Below, piece after piece: positions 26,664 to 38,000 of a stretch of DNA of 64,000 nt; position 1 is the first letter of the stretch; each line of letters opens with the position of its first letter. Both the position numbers and the translations under genes were made by a program. Origin of the DNA: a virus; IMG/VR virus record IMGVR_UViG_2718218475_000005, positions 5,418 to 69,417 of that record; one strand, 5' to 3'. A model generated the notes under the pieces. The model saw only the letters and a list, made by a program, of their open reading frames with translations. It was not told the DNA's origin and did no database searches.

Positions 26664-26946
26664 TTCCTTTGGCTTCCTTTTCATATAGGTGTTTAAATTC
26701 AATGTCATGACCATCTAACCGACCTTCTACCTTAATGACCCGATTTTCAATCGCGTTCATTGTGTCGGCATTTTGCTGTCTCACTTTTAAACTTTCATCG
26801 GTAAAACGGCTAAGGCGCTTACCTAAATCGTTAAGCGGGATACGGACCGTCTTATTGAGAATCCAATTAGCCAGTACGCAAATGCTAGTGACAATGGCAA
26901 CAATGGATCCCCATTCATCCCAACCTAATCCTAATAGTGTATGCAA
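26650..26946 (-). CDS. Holin-like membrane protein
   Basis: N-terminal TM segment (WGSIVAIVTSICVLANWIL) + coiled coil, directly after lysin. Confidence 0.7.
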   Translation of the reverse strand: MHTLLGLGWDEWGSIVAIVTSICVLANWILNKTVRIPLNDLGKRLSRFTDESLKVRQQNADTMNAIENRVIKVEGRLDGHDIEFKHLYEKEAKGNEKN

Positions 26947-28110
26947 TTACCGCACCACCAATCGCTGGCCAGGATAGATAGTGGTGTAAATCGTCTTGCC
27001 GTTCTGGCTAGCTAATGTAGTCATACTTAGGCCGTTGTGCTGAGCGATTGACCACCAGCTGTCGCCAGACTTGACTGTGTAATACGTGTGAGAAGCACCG
27101 GTTTTGACGTACTCCAGTGAATTATTTGCTGGACCAGTTGCTAGATAGCCATATCCACTAAATCGTGGCTGGCGTACCCAGCGATACCCACCCTGAATAA
27201 TGGCTTGATCAGTCTTGACCGTAGTCCCGGCTGGCAGGATAGTGATGGCTATTGATGACGTCGACGCGCCAGTGCGTAGCTTAACCGCCGTCTTGAGCGT
27301 GTAGGTCTTTTTTTCCTTGACCCACTTGGCTGCCGCAGATGGCTTGGAAGTGTGTTTGTTGGCTGCCTGGTTGTTGGCCTTAACTGCATCCTTATCAGTC
27401 GGTTTGACCGTTGATTTCTGACCAGCTGTGTAGTAATTAGTATAAAGTTGACTGACATCAAAACCACCGTAACTAATCCGAAAATGGGCAGAACCCGACC
27501 ATTGCCAGGCATTGTTATTCGTATACCATTGCTTGCCAGCTGGCACAAACGGATATCCAGCAACCCAACCCGTTTTGCCCTTGATGGTCATCTTATTGTT
27601 AGCCCATGACCCAGACGTGTAAATGTCGGCTCGATAACCAAACTTCTGAATCTCTTGCATGAAGGCCACATTATTGCGGTCATTGGTCGCTTTGGACAAG
27701 TTGCCTTGCTCTTCGGCCTCCACGTCCGTTGCCAGTACTGCGCCCACCGGTAGACCGGCCGCTTTAGCCGTTTGACCGGCAAAGTCAGCTTCAGCAATCG
27801 CTTGTGCCTTAGTCGTATAATGCGCAAAGTGGTAGCCGTTGACGTATAAGCCAGCCGCTTGACCATTAGCGATATTACTAGCAGCGTAGCCATCTTTGAA
27901 GGTTGTGCCTTCACTAATCTTGACGGTGAGGGCCTTAACACCAAACTCGTTACGCATCGAAACATACTCCGCCGTTGACATGTAGCCGTTGTTATTCGAC
28001 ACATCGACCATATCCATACGAGCAGCCTGACTGGTAACATTGACCATTAAAAAGGCCATAAAAATAGCCCCCACCATTAAGATGAGCGCCTTTAGCTTAC
28101 TTTTATTCAC
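26947..28110 (-). CDS. Endolysin B (signal peptide, GH25, SH3-like, LysM)
   Basis: DVSNNNG, GYHFAH, DVE, WQW; YTVKSGDSWWSIA LysM. Confidence 0.95.
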   Translation of the reverse strand: MNKSKLKALILMVGAIFMAFLMVNVTSQAARMDMVDVSNNNGYMSTAEYVSMRNEFGVKALTVKISEGTTFKDGYAASNIANGQAAGLYVNGYHFAHYTTKAQAIAEADFAGQTAKAAGLPVGAVLATDVEAEEQGNLSKATNDRNNVAFMQEIQKFGYRADIYTSGSWANNKMTIKGKTGWVAGYPFVPAGKQWYTNNNAWQWSGSAHFRISYGGFDVSQLYTNYYTAGQKSTVKPTDKDAVKANNQAANKHTSKPSAAAKWVKEKKTYTLKTAVKLRTGASTSSIAITILPAGTTVKTDQAIIQGGYRWVRQPRFSGYGYLATGPANNSLEYVKTGASHTYYTVKSGDSWWSIAQHNGLSMTTLASQNGKTIYTTIYPGQRLVVR

Positions 28111-28122
28111 TTGTCTACCCCC

Positions 28123-28335
28123 CTATTGTACGCTGTTATTATCTACGGTAGCTGATACCTGTGCAGCTTTGTATGCTGTAATTGCATCGGATACTTGAGT
28201 AACCTGGGCTTGGGTAATCAGTGATTTTACTAGATAATTGCCAGCATATACAGTTGCTAAGTCCGATGGAATCAATCCATTGTTAATACTGTTAATTAAC
28301 CCTTCTGTTAAAAACTCGCTTAAATCAAAACTCAT
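28123..28335 (-). CDS. Hypothetical protein
   Basis: 70 aa in operon. Confidence 0.65.
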   Translation of the reverse strand: MSFDLSEFLTEGLINSINNGLIPSDLATVYAGNYLVKSLITQAQVTQVSDAITAYKAAQVSATVDNNSVQ

Positions 28336-29360
28336 TTCAAAGAACCTCCTAGTGCTACAATAGCTGCTTGTATTTTTGCGTAATCTGATTGTGTCAAAAT
28401 TTCAGATGGATTAAGAGACCAATCAGTAGCTACTGAACCTTTTTCTAATTTAAATTCCTTGTATGATACAGTTGAACCTGTTGATTGTTTTGCAGCAAAA
28501 ACAATTGTGACATACTGTATAGAACTGCCAGATGGCAGTGTCCCCGTCCATGTGCTATATCCAGATGTTCCAGCTGATATAATATTGCCAGTTTCATAGT
28601 TCCATGCACCTGATGAGTCTGCCCACGCCAGTTGAATACGCGTGTCATATGAAGCTGGTGCTATCCATGCCCTAACTGTATAAGTTGTATTGCTATCAAC
28701 TGTTGTAACTGCTGGAGTAAACCTCCGAAAATTAGAGTTCCAACCAGAAGCATTAGTCGAAGCATTTAATGTTCCACTAGTCCCTATCAGTAAGTTAGTC
28801 CCAATTGCACTATTATCAACTTGCGTTTGAAGCGCAACAAAAGCTGGTGCTGTGGTTAGCCCAGCATTGTCAACAGTACCAGTGTCACCTTTGTCGCCCT
28901 TAGCGATTGTGCTGGCAGCCTTATTCATTGCTTCAACAAAGTCATCAAAAGCTATCGTGGTAATACTCGCACCGGAACTATTCTCGATGTTGTTTGTAAT
29001 GGTAAAGCCGAGTGGTGCATCACTAGGATAAATACTTGTGCCTGCCTGGTCAGTCACCCATATTTCTAGCTGATAATTTCCAGCCGGCAGTCCTGAAATC
29101 AAATCCGGCATAGGCTGTAAATTAAGCCAGCCTGGGTTTAGACCAGCCAAACTAGTAATCGTGATAGGCTGGCTTCTTAAATAACCACTTGCATTGCCAA
29201 TTTTAGCGGTAATGTTAGTGGCCTGAGTTAAGTCGACAACTGATCCAGCGTTCTTGCAGATGAAGGTAAAGGTCGTCTCAGTGTCGCCTTGTTTTATTTG
29301 CCGAGGTGAATTAATTGTAAACTCTAACGTTTTAGCCATCTGATAGCCTCCTTTAATCAC
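28332..29360 (-). CDS. BppU-like baseplate protein with CBM-like cassette
   Basis: IKQGDT...YQLEIWV..IYPSD N-terminus, GDKGDTG, NSAIGTNLL...KLEKGSVATDW. Confidence 0.7.
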   Translation of the reverse strand: MIKGGYQMAKTLEFTINSPRQIKQGDTETTFTFICKNAGSVVDLTQATNITAKIGNASGYLRSQPITITSLAGLNPGWLNLQPMPDLISGLPAGNYQLEIWVTDQAGTSIYPSDAPLGFTITNNIENSSGASITTIAFDDFVEAMNKAASTIAKGDKGDTGTVDNAGLTTAPAFVALQTQVDNSAIGTNLLIGTSGTLNASTNASGWNSNFRRFTPAVTTVDSNTTYTVRAWIAPASYDTRIQLAWADSSGAWNYETGNIISAGTSGYSTWTGTLPSGSSIQYVTIVFAAKQSTGSTVSYKEFKLEKGSVATDWSLNPSEILTQSDYAKIQAAIVALGGSLK

Positions 29361-29506
29361 AATGCGGGAGATGGCGCTACATAGTCCTCACCAGTAATTT
29401 CTTTGTACTGATCCGTTGTTAGGCCGACCCCTACAAATACCTTATAATAATTAGCGTCATTTTGACCCCAGGACTTAAATAATTTGCATTCTTCATAAAT
29501 CGTCAT
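29357..29506 (-). CDS. XkdX-family small protein (49 aa)
   Basis: MTIYEECKLFKSWG...GLTTDQYKEITGEDY read by hand. Confidence 0.8.
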   Translation of the reverse strand: MTIYEECKLFKSWGQNDANYYKVFVGVGLTTDQYKEITGEDYVAPSPAL

Positions 29507-29835
29507 TACTTAGCACTTCCTTTACTTAAAGTTGCCATTTGACTAGCTTGAGCCATTACTAACTGACGTAATTGCATAATATCAGCTGCTTGCTGCATTA
29601 ATGTTTGTTGTTCAATCGTTGGCGCTGGCGCTGGTGGCTGTTCACTTTGCTTAGCGTATTCATCAGCGGAGATACCAGTCCAAGCTTGCCCATCAAAGGT
29701 CGGTTGATACAAGCCATCTGGAACAGCCACTGTGGTAGCATTATCTGGCTGTACCATCGCTGATACCGCACCGGCAAAGATTTTCGTCTCTGGATCATAT
29801 AAATAATAAGTTGTCATTGTTATTCCTCCTACCAA
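29506..29835 (-). CDS. Tail-fibre-assembly-like protein
   Basis: YYLYDPETKIFAG...NATTVAVP..LYQPTFDG..W motif. Confidence 0.65.
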   Translation of the reverse strand: MVGGITMTTYYLYDPETKIFAGAVSAMVQPDNATTVAVPDGLYQPTFDGQAWTGISADEYAKQSEQPPAPAPTIEQQTLMQQAADIMQLRQLVMAQASQMATLSKGSAK

Positions 29836-31988
29836 TGAATCCAGTCAATTACGGCAGAAAATTGATCTGTTGTCTCGGTACTAGCTGTTGTCCCCGCAAA
29901 AATCACGCCACCAGCAGTCACCCACAAACTAATGTATTTGCTTGGACTACTCAGAGCGCTATAAGCCGGAATAACAAAAGTCGTCGGCACCATTGGTGCC
30001 ACTTCCGCCGGAACTCGGCCAACTGTGATATATTTTCCAGCTGATAAATTAGTTAACTTGTTAATCCGCAACTCAACATGCTTAGCGAAATAGCCACGGG
30101 TCTCAACATAGTAAACAAAGCTATCTGCATTGGTTCCATTTTCTGTTGGAATGGTAGTGTTAGTAAACGTTGCCCCGGTCGTCACTAGCCAATCACCACT
30201 GCCGCCTTTACCGTCAGTGTGGACGGTCTTGGTCCATTGATTGCCACTGTAACTCTGAACTGCCGTTAATACTTTACGCCCAGCAGTATTAGTTTCAACA
30301 CGAACGCGTAGCAATGAGCTATCACCAGCTGCTAAAGGCCCATTTTTAAAATTAGACCCTTCATATTGACCACTAGGTAAGCCTAGAATATCTTGCCCAT
30401 CATCCAACAATTGACTGTCAGTTTTTTCGTTGCTCTGGGGAATATTTGTTTGAATTTTGGTGCCATCTAATCTACCGGCTGCCATCAAATAGAACTTACC
30501 ATTGGCCACCACACCCAGCATGAGCGTATGGTCTAACGTATAGGCACCTTCGGCTTCTAGTAGATAATTCTCAACATCAGTAATTGAATTTGGATAATTC
30601 TCATTGATGAACTCTGCTAAGCCTGACTTACTAAATTCAGCTTTAGTCACAATTTTGCCATCAATGTCGTAGGCTTGCAGCGCAATCTTTGTGCCATATG
30701 CTCCCATCGTCAAATAAACTTTGCCATTTGACATTGTAATGCCTTGTGGCTTACGGTCAAGATTACCATTTGGTTCTACATAGACATCCTGCTCAAAAAC
30801 TGGCTTACCAGCTTGAATTGAATCCCAGGCGTAAACCGAATATTTAGCAATTTTGCCTGGAGTTGCTTCGGTGGCAACGAAATTATTGCCCTCAACGCCC
30901 CATTTAAATTTGCCATTGATTGGGATGTTGTCACCAACTTTGCCCGTATCGTAATTGAAGATGGCATAGCCATCATCATTCACAACCGAAACAATGAAAC
31001 ACAGCTCGCCATTGGCGTTATAGAAATATGGAATGCCTTCTGAAAATGAGTTTGCTTCATTTACAAAGGACTTCATTCCCTTTAACTCACCAGTCTTCAA
31101 ATCGTGGATCTCAATCCGTGTTTCGGTGCCACCAGTAATTTCGGTCGATAAGTATAATTCATTCTTGTCATTGTTGACTGAGAAGCCCTGCGGGTACCAA
31201 CCAGACGTAGTCGATTCTTGCCAATCAGTCTTCAGCATAATCTTCAGATTAGTGATGTAAGCATCACTGGAATTAGTGGCCAAATTAGCAATATCGGCAG
31301 TCATGCCATCGAGTTTGCCCTGCACAGTTGTATTAAATTGGTCACTCCACGTCTTTAAATCAGCGTTAGTGACGACATTGCCATCTTTAATTTTCTGGGC
31401 TAATTCATCTAACTGCGCAGTAAGAGCCAGGACTGTAGCTTGAATTTTTGTATAGGATTGCGTGACGGTGCTAATTTCTTGATTTAGTTTGTCTTTGTAT
31501 GCATTAATTGTAGCCTCCCCTTCGTCAAGTAACTTTTGTAACTCTGTCCGAAAGGGGGCCTTATTAACAAACATATCAGGGTTGCCATTGTAGACATGGA
31601 ACCAGACACTAAAGGTGGTAACGCGTTTGCCATCAGCATTCTGCAAGCCCAAAAAGCCGTAGAAATATCCTTCTTGTGGAAACATATTCCCAGGTAGATT
31701 CATCTTCACCCGGCCCAAGCCAACAACATCATCACTAGAGCCGACATAGCTGACCGCTTCACCGGTTTCGGCAGTCACCTGGCTATTCTCATCAAGGCTA
31801 CCCACAAAGCCGGTTATAAACGGCACTAACCCATCTTCAAATTGGTGCGCTAATCCGCGTTCTTTAAAATGGACGACCAGCGGGACTTGTTCATCGCCCA
31901 CCCGGCCATTAAAGCTGTCACTCAAGTCGAACGCATCACCCGAGCTGATCTGTTGTTTATACGTATCTAGCGTAATTGTACTAACCAT
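29829..31988 (-). CDS. BppU-family upper baseplate / receptor-binding protein with beta-propeller-like region
   Basis: BppU N-terminus, coiled coil, repeated PQG motifs (YPQGFSV, PQGITMS). Confidence 0.75.
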   Translation of the reverse strand: MVSTITLDTYKQQISSGDAFDLSDSFNGRVGDEQVPLVVHFKERGLAHQFEDGLVPFITGFVGSLDENSQVTAETGEAVSYVGSSDDVVGLGRVKMNLPGNMFPQEGYFYGFLGLQNADGKRVTTFSVWFHVYNGNPDMFVNKAPFRTELQKLLDEGEATINAYKDKLNQEISTVTQSYTKIQATVLALTAQLDELAQKIKDGNVVTNADLKTWSDQFNTTVQGKLDGMTADIANLATNSSDAYITNLKIMLKTDWQESTTSGWYPQGFSVNNDKNELYLSTEITGGTETRIEIHDLKTGELKGMKSFVNEANSFSEGIPYFYNANGELCFIVSVVNDDGYAIFNYDTGKVGDNIPINGKFKWGVEGNNFVATEATPGKIAKYSVYAWDSIQAGKPVFEQDVYVEPNGNLDRKPQGITMSNGKVYLTMGAYGTKIALQAYDIDGKIVTKAEFSKSGLAEFINENYPNSITDVENYLLEAEGAYTLDHTLMLGVVANGKFYLMAAGRLDGTKIQTNIPQSNEKTDSQLLDDGQDILGLPSGQYEGSNFKNGPLAAGDSSLLRVRVETNTAGRKVLTAVQSYSGNQWTKTVHTDGKGGSGDWLVTTGATFTNTTIPTENGTNADSFVYYVETRGYFAKHVELRINKLTNLSAGKYITVGRVPAEVAPMVPTTFVIPAYSALSSPSKYISLWVTAGGVIFAGTTASTETTDQFSAVIDWIHW

Positions 31989-32264
31989 TTACTCACCTTC
32001 CTCTGTTCTTGTAACTTTGCCATCCACAATTGCAATTGGCACATCATAATCAGACAAGATATTAATAAGCTCATGCATGTTAGCTTCGTAAGTATTTATT
32101 TTGCCAGATATATCGTCAAATTTATTTTTAAGATCATCTACTCCAAGCTCATCAGTATCTAGTTTATCCAGGTAGGGCTGTATAATCTCAAAATTAGAGA
32201 TTAAAGTATTTCGTAAATTACGATTATCGGTGGGCATATTTTTAGAAACTAATTTATCAGCCAT
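31989..32264 (-). CDS. Hypothetical baseplate-region protein
   Basis: 91 aa in operon. Confidence 0.65.
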   Translation of the reverse strand: MADKLVSKNMPTDNRNLRNTLISNFEIIQPYLDKLDTDELGVDDLKNKFDDISGKINTYEANMHELINILSDYDVPIAIVDGKVTRTEEGE

Positions 32265-32640
32265 TTACATCATCCTTTATCACTGAAACTGCACCATTAG
32301 AAATACTGAGCTTGAAAATAGTACCCGTAACACTATCTTTGATCCTAATAGCATCAATCGGCTCTGCTTTTAGACTATCTAGCTTTTGCTTATCACTAGC
32401 ACTTAATAAGCCCTCTGTTGTATCTGTAGCAGCTCCATACTCTTTTAAATTGTTGATTTTTTGCTTATCTGCTGCGGACATTAATCCATCTTGCTTGTCC
32501 GTTGCAACCACTGGCAAAAGTTTAGCCAAGCCGATAACTGAATCTACCGAAGTCATTGGCCAATATACATTGCCGTCATCATCTTTTAGATAGCGTTTAT
32601 GCGTCTGGTTGATAACTGACACTTGATACACCTCCATCAA
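32257..32640 (-). CDS. Tail-associated protein with two GL(M/L)SA(A/S)DKQK repeats
   Basis: Repeats visible in translation. Confidence 0.65.
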   Translation of the reverse strand: MMEVYQVSVINQTHKRYLKDDDGNVYWPMTSVDSVIGLAKLLPVVATDKQDGLMSAADKQKINNLKEYGAATDTTEGLLSASDKQKLDSLKAEPIDAIRIKDSVTGTIFKLSISNGAVSVIKDDVNG

Positions 32641-33802
32641 TAGTTCTTAGACCTACAAAATGATTTTCAGCATTTCTTAATCCATTGGCTACTGCTTTTA
32701 AATCAGTTAAAGACTTGTCATGCTTATTAACCCGATTGTTCAGAGTCAGCGAAATGCTTTTAAGCGCCGCAGCTGTATTATCTAATGTAATCGTCGGTAA
32801 TGTTGACGGGTTATACGGATTTTGTGTGATTCCAGTAATTGTTACTTCACGCTCTAACCCCATACTGGGGACACGCAAAAACCAACCATCACCTCTAGCA
32901 ATATTTGTACGCGATAAATATTGCATTGTTAGTTGAATGGTTGGCTCTGTCTGCATATTACTGTCCATATATGATTGCATTGAGGCTTGATCAGTAAAAC
33001 GCTCATCTGATATGGCAGCCCCACGTTGCAAACCGTATTTTTGAATACTACTCTGATTGTTCCAGATAAACTTAACCAAATACTTTCCTTTTGTGGTGTC
33101 ATTGCTGCTATCACTGTTATCTGTATCAACTGGTTTTCCATAACACCAACATTGGTTAATCAAACTAGTAGAATCGAATGATAGATGCACTGCATCCGTA
33201 TTACCGCCATAAACAAACATATTACCCGTATCATGGCGGAATGTATCTCGTGAGCAAAAGTGAATCATCAAGTTGTCTGGTATCATTGCTGCTCCAAACT
33301 TATCCAAATAACTCGTTAAAAAATCAAGGAAGGAACTATTACCTAAGTTTTCAATTTGAACTTTTTGAAAATCCCCCGTAAAGTCAATTTGCACACCTTG
33401 ATCATTATCTGCTACAAAAGCATTACAAGCACTTTGAAAAGTATAAGTAAGTGTACCTGCATTAATATCTTCTTTACGAATGTTTTTAAGCGCCTCATAC
33501 ATAACATGAACTGCTTTAACTTGATTAGTCAGTATTCCATTATCAATCGCTGGAACAGCCTGTTGTATGACATACCGTTGACCACCATAAATGATATAAT
33601 TTTGAACTTGCAACAAATTGAAGGCCTGTTCGTATTGTGGTAGTAAACGTGCAGTAAATGATATTTCCATTGATTGATTTAAAACCCATGCATCTTGAAA
33701 CGTATCTTGCGCATCATTAATGTTAAGTCGTTCTTCATGGCTGCCTGACCGATCTCTTACTAATAACATTGGATACTTAAACATAGTAGAACGGCGTATC
33801 AA
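32597..33802 (-). CDS. Tal-like tail protein (prophage endopeptidase tail family)
   Basis: Follows Dit; SI.KYGL.RG.AISDERFTD..SM motif. Confidence 0.8.
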   Translation of the reverse strand: MIRRSTMFKYPMLLVRDRSGSHEERLNINDAQDTFQDAWVLNQSMEISFTARLLPQYEQAFNLLQVQNYIIYGGQRYVIQQAVPAIDNGILTNQVKAVHVMYEALKNIRKEDINAGTLTYTFQSACNAFVADNDQGVQIDFTGDFQKVQIENLGNSSFLDFLTSYLDKFGAAMIPDNLMIHFCSRDTFRHDTGNMFVYGGNTDAVHLSFDSTSLINQCWCYGKPVDTDNSDSSNDTTKGKYLVKFIWNNQSSIQKYGLQRGAAISDERFTDQASMQSYMDSNMQTEPTIQLTMQYLSRTNIARGDGWFLRVPSMGLEREVTITGITQNPYNPSTLPTITLDNTAAALKSISLTLNNRVNKHDKSLTDLKAVANGLRNAENHFVGLRTIDGGVSSVSYQPDA

Positions 33803-34688
33803 AGCTAATATTGGAATCTGTACAGCCGGTTAACGTAAATTGATTGTCACCTAGTTGTAACGAGATAACCCCATGGTTTGTGTCCGATCCACATTGCTGC
33901 CCGTTTATAAACGGATTAACACCACTTAATTTCAACTCGTCATTTGTCGTTAAAATACGATTACAACTGAACGTTTGACCAGTAGTCGTATTAGTTAATG
34001 TTGGTTTACCATTGCAATGAATCGTAATAATTAATGGATGTTGCTTTATATCCGGTTCAATCATAATATCGCCGATATTTACAACCGTGAATCTATCCAT
34101 ATTCTGAAAACTATATTGCAGGTCTTGATCTAATCTTAAATTTTGACCAAGTGCCCATAATTCAGAATCAAAGTCTTCAACATCTAGAGTAGTACCAAGA
34201 GACTGACCTAGCCCCGCTGAATTATTAAATGTGACAGTAGCGTAGAAATCTTTTTCATTAGGGTACGTCGGCTTAAAAGTCTTAGTCTTTACACGAAATT
34301 TAATTCCAGGATGATTACTAAATGTAATCCAGAATTCATCGCGTGCATACAAGAATCGTTCCAGTGCTTGATAGCCTAGCGACTGATCAGCTTCATCGAT
34401 ACCAAATGAATAAAACTGGCAAGTAATGTCACGTTGATCATATCGTGAACTCATTAGCGTTTGCCCATCTTGTTGTCCTAGTGCTTGGTAGGTATCAGCC
34501 GGATTAACATCCGGCAAAGTTGCGTCATACATATAAACGCCCTGCAAATTCGGCACATCAAAACAAGACACCCAATTAGTTCCATCTGCACTGATAGCAT
34601 ATTCAATCGGATTAAACGGCAATTTATTATCAGTCTCACCAAATCGATAAGCATGGGGCCTATCAGTTCGTGTGGAAAATATTTGCAT
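33777..34688 (-). CDS. Distal tail protein (Dit)
   Basis: 303 aa after TMP; GDNQF C-terminal motif. Confidence 0.8.
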   Translation of the reverse strand: MQIFSTRTDRPHAYRFGETDNKLPFNPIEYAISADGTNWVSCFDVPNLQGVYMYDATLPDVNPADTYQALGQQDGQTLMSSRYDQRDITCQFYSFGIDEADQSLGYQALERFLYARDEFWITFSNHPGIKFRVKTKTFKPTYPNEKDFYATVTFNNSAGLGQSLGTTLDVEDFDSELWALGQNLRLDQDLQYSFQNMDRFTVVNIGDIMIEPDIKQHPLIITIHCNGKPTLTNTTTGQTFSCNRILTTNDELKLSGVNPFINGQQCGSDTNHGVISLQLGDNQFTLTGCTDSNISFDTPFYYV

Positions 34689-34755
34689 GATACGCTCCTC
34701 CTTTCTATTCTGATTTTGTTGGATTATACTAAGAATATACTAATTAAGTGAGGTA

Positions 34756-35028
34756 ATGACGATGCCGCTATTTGGTAAAAGTGGTTCTGAAACACAGCAA
34801 CTAATTGAAACTACTGGCCCTCTACCACAAGGCTATCATGTTGTAAAAATACTCAATACTGAAGTAATCGCTTCTACAGGTATTGGATTACAACAAAAAG
34901 TAATAGCAGAGTTCAGAAAACAGTGCAAAGACAACAATTTAGATGGATTTGCTAATCTTAAATTCACGGCAAGTGGTGAAGTCAAAACGACATTATTTGG
35001 CTGTGCAGATGGAATTAAAGCTGATTAA
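34756..35028 (+). CDS. Antisense moron, small YbjQ/UPF0145-like protein (start probably 34762)
   Basis: GAGGT RBS, own AT-rich upstream region, terminator downstream; TT..LP.GY.V...and F...C...G.DG...LKF pattern. Confidence 0.6.
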   Translation: MTMPLFGKSGSETQQLIETTGPLPQGYHVVKILNTEVIASTGIGLQQKVIAEFRKQCKDNNLDGFANLKFTASGEVKTTLFGCADGIKAD

Positions 35029-35055
35029 AAAGCGACCCAAATCGGGGCGCTTTTT
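35027..35055. terminator. Bidirectional terminator between moron and TMP B
   Basis: aaaaagcgaccc-aaatc-ggggcgcttttt. Confidence 0.8.
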
Positions 35056-38000
35056 ATATCTGACCCTGAACACCAGCTAAGCGAAAATTACTAGCCCCGA
35101 CTCGCTCATTACTTGCTGAAATCTTTTCGCCATCTAAATACATATCATTATCCTTATCGCGAATCTCTTCCAGTCGTTCAATAACTCGTTCCAACAATGA
35201 ATTATTAAGTTGCCCAGACTCATTGCTCTGTGTGCTTTGCATTTGTGGCAAAACACCCACGCTATTAGGTTTAGTTGCATTACGTAATTGTGGTTGTTCT
35301 TGTATTGTGCGTTCATAAGCATCATTTAACAATTGCATTGCATTACTTCTACGCGGATTAACAACAAACTCGTCACCATCTTCTGCAATCGTCGCAAGTT
35401 GTGGTGTTAAAGGATGACCACCAGTAGCAAATGAGCTTAACCGACGACTACCTTGTGGACCACTATGCAGCCAATCAACCTTTGGAACACCCCAAATAAC
35501 GGTGTGTCCAATACTGTTTCGCCAATCAGAGTTATTGAAGAAAGCTAATAGTTCATCGAGCGGATTCATCCGATTAGTATGTCCTGGCATCGCAAAGGCA
35601 CCAAATGTCCCTGGTGTGAATTGTAGAATCCCCCCAGCTTCATTACCGCCGCTATTGCCATCGTGAATAGTTTGAATCACAGACTTACCACCAGATTCAC
35701 TCATGATAGTTGCTTGCAAAAGCTCACTGAAACCTAGCGGAAGACTATCAATGTGCATCATCTTAGCGGCTTTTTCAATTAAACCCGGGTTGTAATGACC
35801 GGCTTTACCGTCAGATACTTCCAGTGTTTTTTTGGTGCTATTTAACATTTCCTTGAACTTATCCACTGCTATGCTTGATAGCTTGCTAATGGTGCCGCTA
35901 GCTAAGTCGCCAAAACTAGCTGCCCCTTTAAATAAACCATCAGTAGCTTTATGAAGTAGCTTGGAGATATTTCCAAGCGGATCTTTAAGGAACTTCTCAA
36001 CAGCTTCAGTTTTGTCACCAATCCAAGAGCCAATGTCAGATAGCTTACCCTTAGTCCAATTAATCGCATCTCCAACAATCCCACCGTTTGCGTAATGATC
36101 GACCCCGGCAGACGCCATAATAGAAGCCGTTTCATCGCCATTGTATACTCGTGTGCCAACTGGCAAAGGTAGCACTGCATTACGTTGATGAGTCATCTTG
36201 AGTTCACCAGAAGGTAGTTGTAACAGTTCCTTCCAGTTCTGACCGGCACCATCGTTAACCATCGATAGACGAGTATGCACGACACCACCTTGAGCAAATT
36301 TGACTGGCTCTAAATGGTGAACACTGGTTTTATGACCAGTGAAAAATTTCCAGACCGAATCAATCGCATCTACACCGGCATTAATAACGCTCAAAACACC
36401 GTTAATACCGTCTTGTGCGGCCTGCTTGATACCTTTCCAGATATTCTTGAAGAAGTCTCCTAATCCCTGCCACATACCATGCCAAACGGTGCTAATTGCA
36501 TCTAATACTGATGAAATTATATCGTGCATCCCGTTCATGTAAGCTTTAATCGCTTGCGATAGGGCTTTCCAAATATCTGAAAAGATGTTTTTGATATCTC
36601 CCCAGACTTTACTCCAGTTACCATGAATAATATCAAGGACAGTCTGAATTACGTCAGAAATGACATTCATTGCCCCAATAATTAGTGGCTTAATCACATT
36701 CCAAACAGATTTGACTACCGTGCTAATAACCTTCCAAGCAGCTTTCCAGACGGCTTTGATAATATCCATTCCAGCTGATATAAGGCCCTTAATTACAGCC
36801 ATACCTATATCAATGATCGGCTTAATAATCGCCCAAGTTTCTTTTACTTCAAGTGATAGATAGCCCCAGGCAATCTTCCAGAGTGCGCTTACCACAGCCA
36901 TACCAAGCTTAAGAACTTTCTGAACCATCTTAATCCCAGCCGAAACCACTGGTTCAATCTCTTTCCAGACTGACTGAATTGATTTAACCGCCTCTTTGAA
37001 AAAGGGCCCAAATGTTTTTTTGATCCACGTTACAGCATTGCCGAGCCACTTAGTAGCATCCTTATACCAATCTTTGATTGTATCAACAAGTCCATTTACG
37101 AACTCACGGAACTTTTTATTATGCTTATACAACTCAACTAAAGCTAACACGATTGCCGCAATAGCTGTAATCCAGATGGTAAACGGAACTGTTTTTAGTG
37201 CTGCCCCAAATGCAGGTAAAACCTTTTTAGTTTCATTTAGTTTTGTTGAAAATGCGGTAAAGGACTTCATAATCCCTGAACCTATAGCCGTCTTTCCAAG
37301 TGTAGCTGACAACTCTTGAAATCCTTTAACAAATTCCGTTAGCTTTTTCACAGCAAATGCAGCAACCAGAATCTTGCCAAAGTCTTGAATCGCACTCTTG
37401 TGTTTCAAAATGCTATCTAAAGCAGATTCAACCTGCTTCAGTGGATCATTAGTTTTTTTAGCATTATCGCTGACTAAGCCAAAGGCATTTGCAATACCTT
37501 TGAACATGCCGCTGATAGTAGACCAGATAGACTTGGTTAGGATGACCATGATTGAAGTCAAACTCTCAATAATGGCATTAATATCTTTTTGGTGCGCTGC
37601 TATATACCCAATTAAGCCAGATGCTTTGCCAGCCATAAATGCTAATCCTTCACCAACAGAATGGGCTAACGCAGTCATGTCCTTAGATTGTAACAAGTTT
37701 CTAACGGACTCTAAACCAGATGTCTTAGTATCCACCAGTGGTTGCATCAGGGTTGATTTAATCCCCGTCCAGCTACCCTTAATCTGAGCCATGACCCCTT
37801 CACCAGTTTTACCAAAATCTGCAAAAACTTGTTTGGAATTGTTTCCAATTTTGGCGATGGCTGTTTCAAATTCGCTTGAAGATACTTTGCCATCAGCAAC
37901 CGCTTTTTTCAATTGGCTTTGACTCATGTCTAAGGCAGCTGCAAGTTGCTTAGGCAAAGCCGGGGCCTCAGCAGTCATCCGAGTAAATGCCATACTGGTT

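Noticed and set aside
1-28110. Module A as an assembly duplication of module B
   Set aside because: Capsid, portal, tail and TMP genes are different proteins and the lysin copies differ at many synonymous sites. A chimeric join at the junction still needs read-level exclusion.
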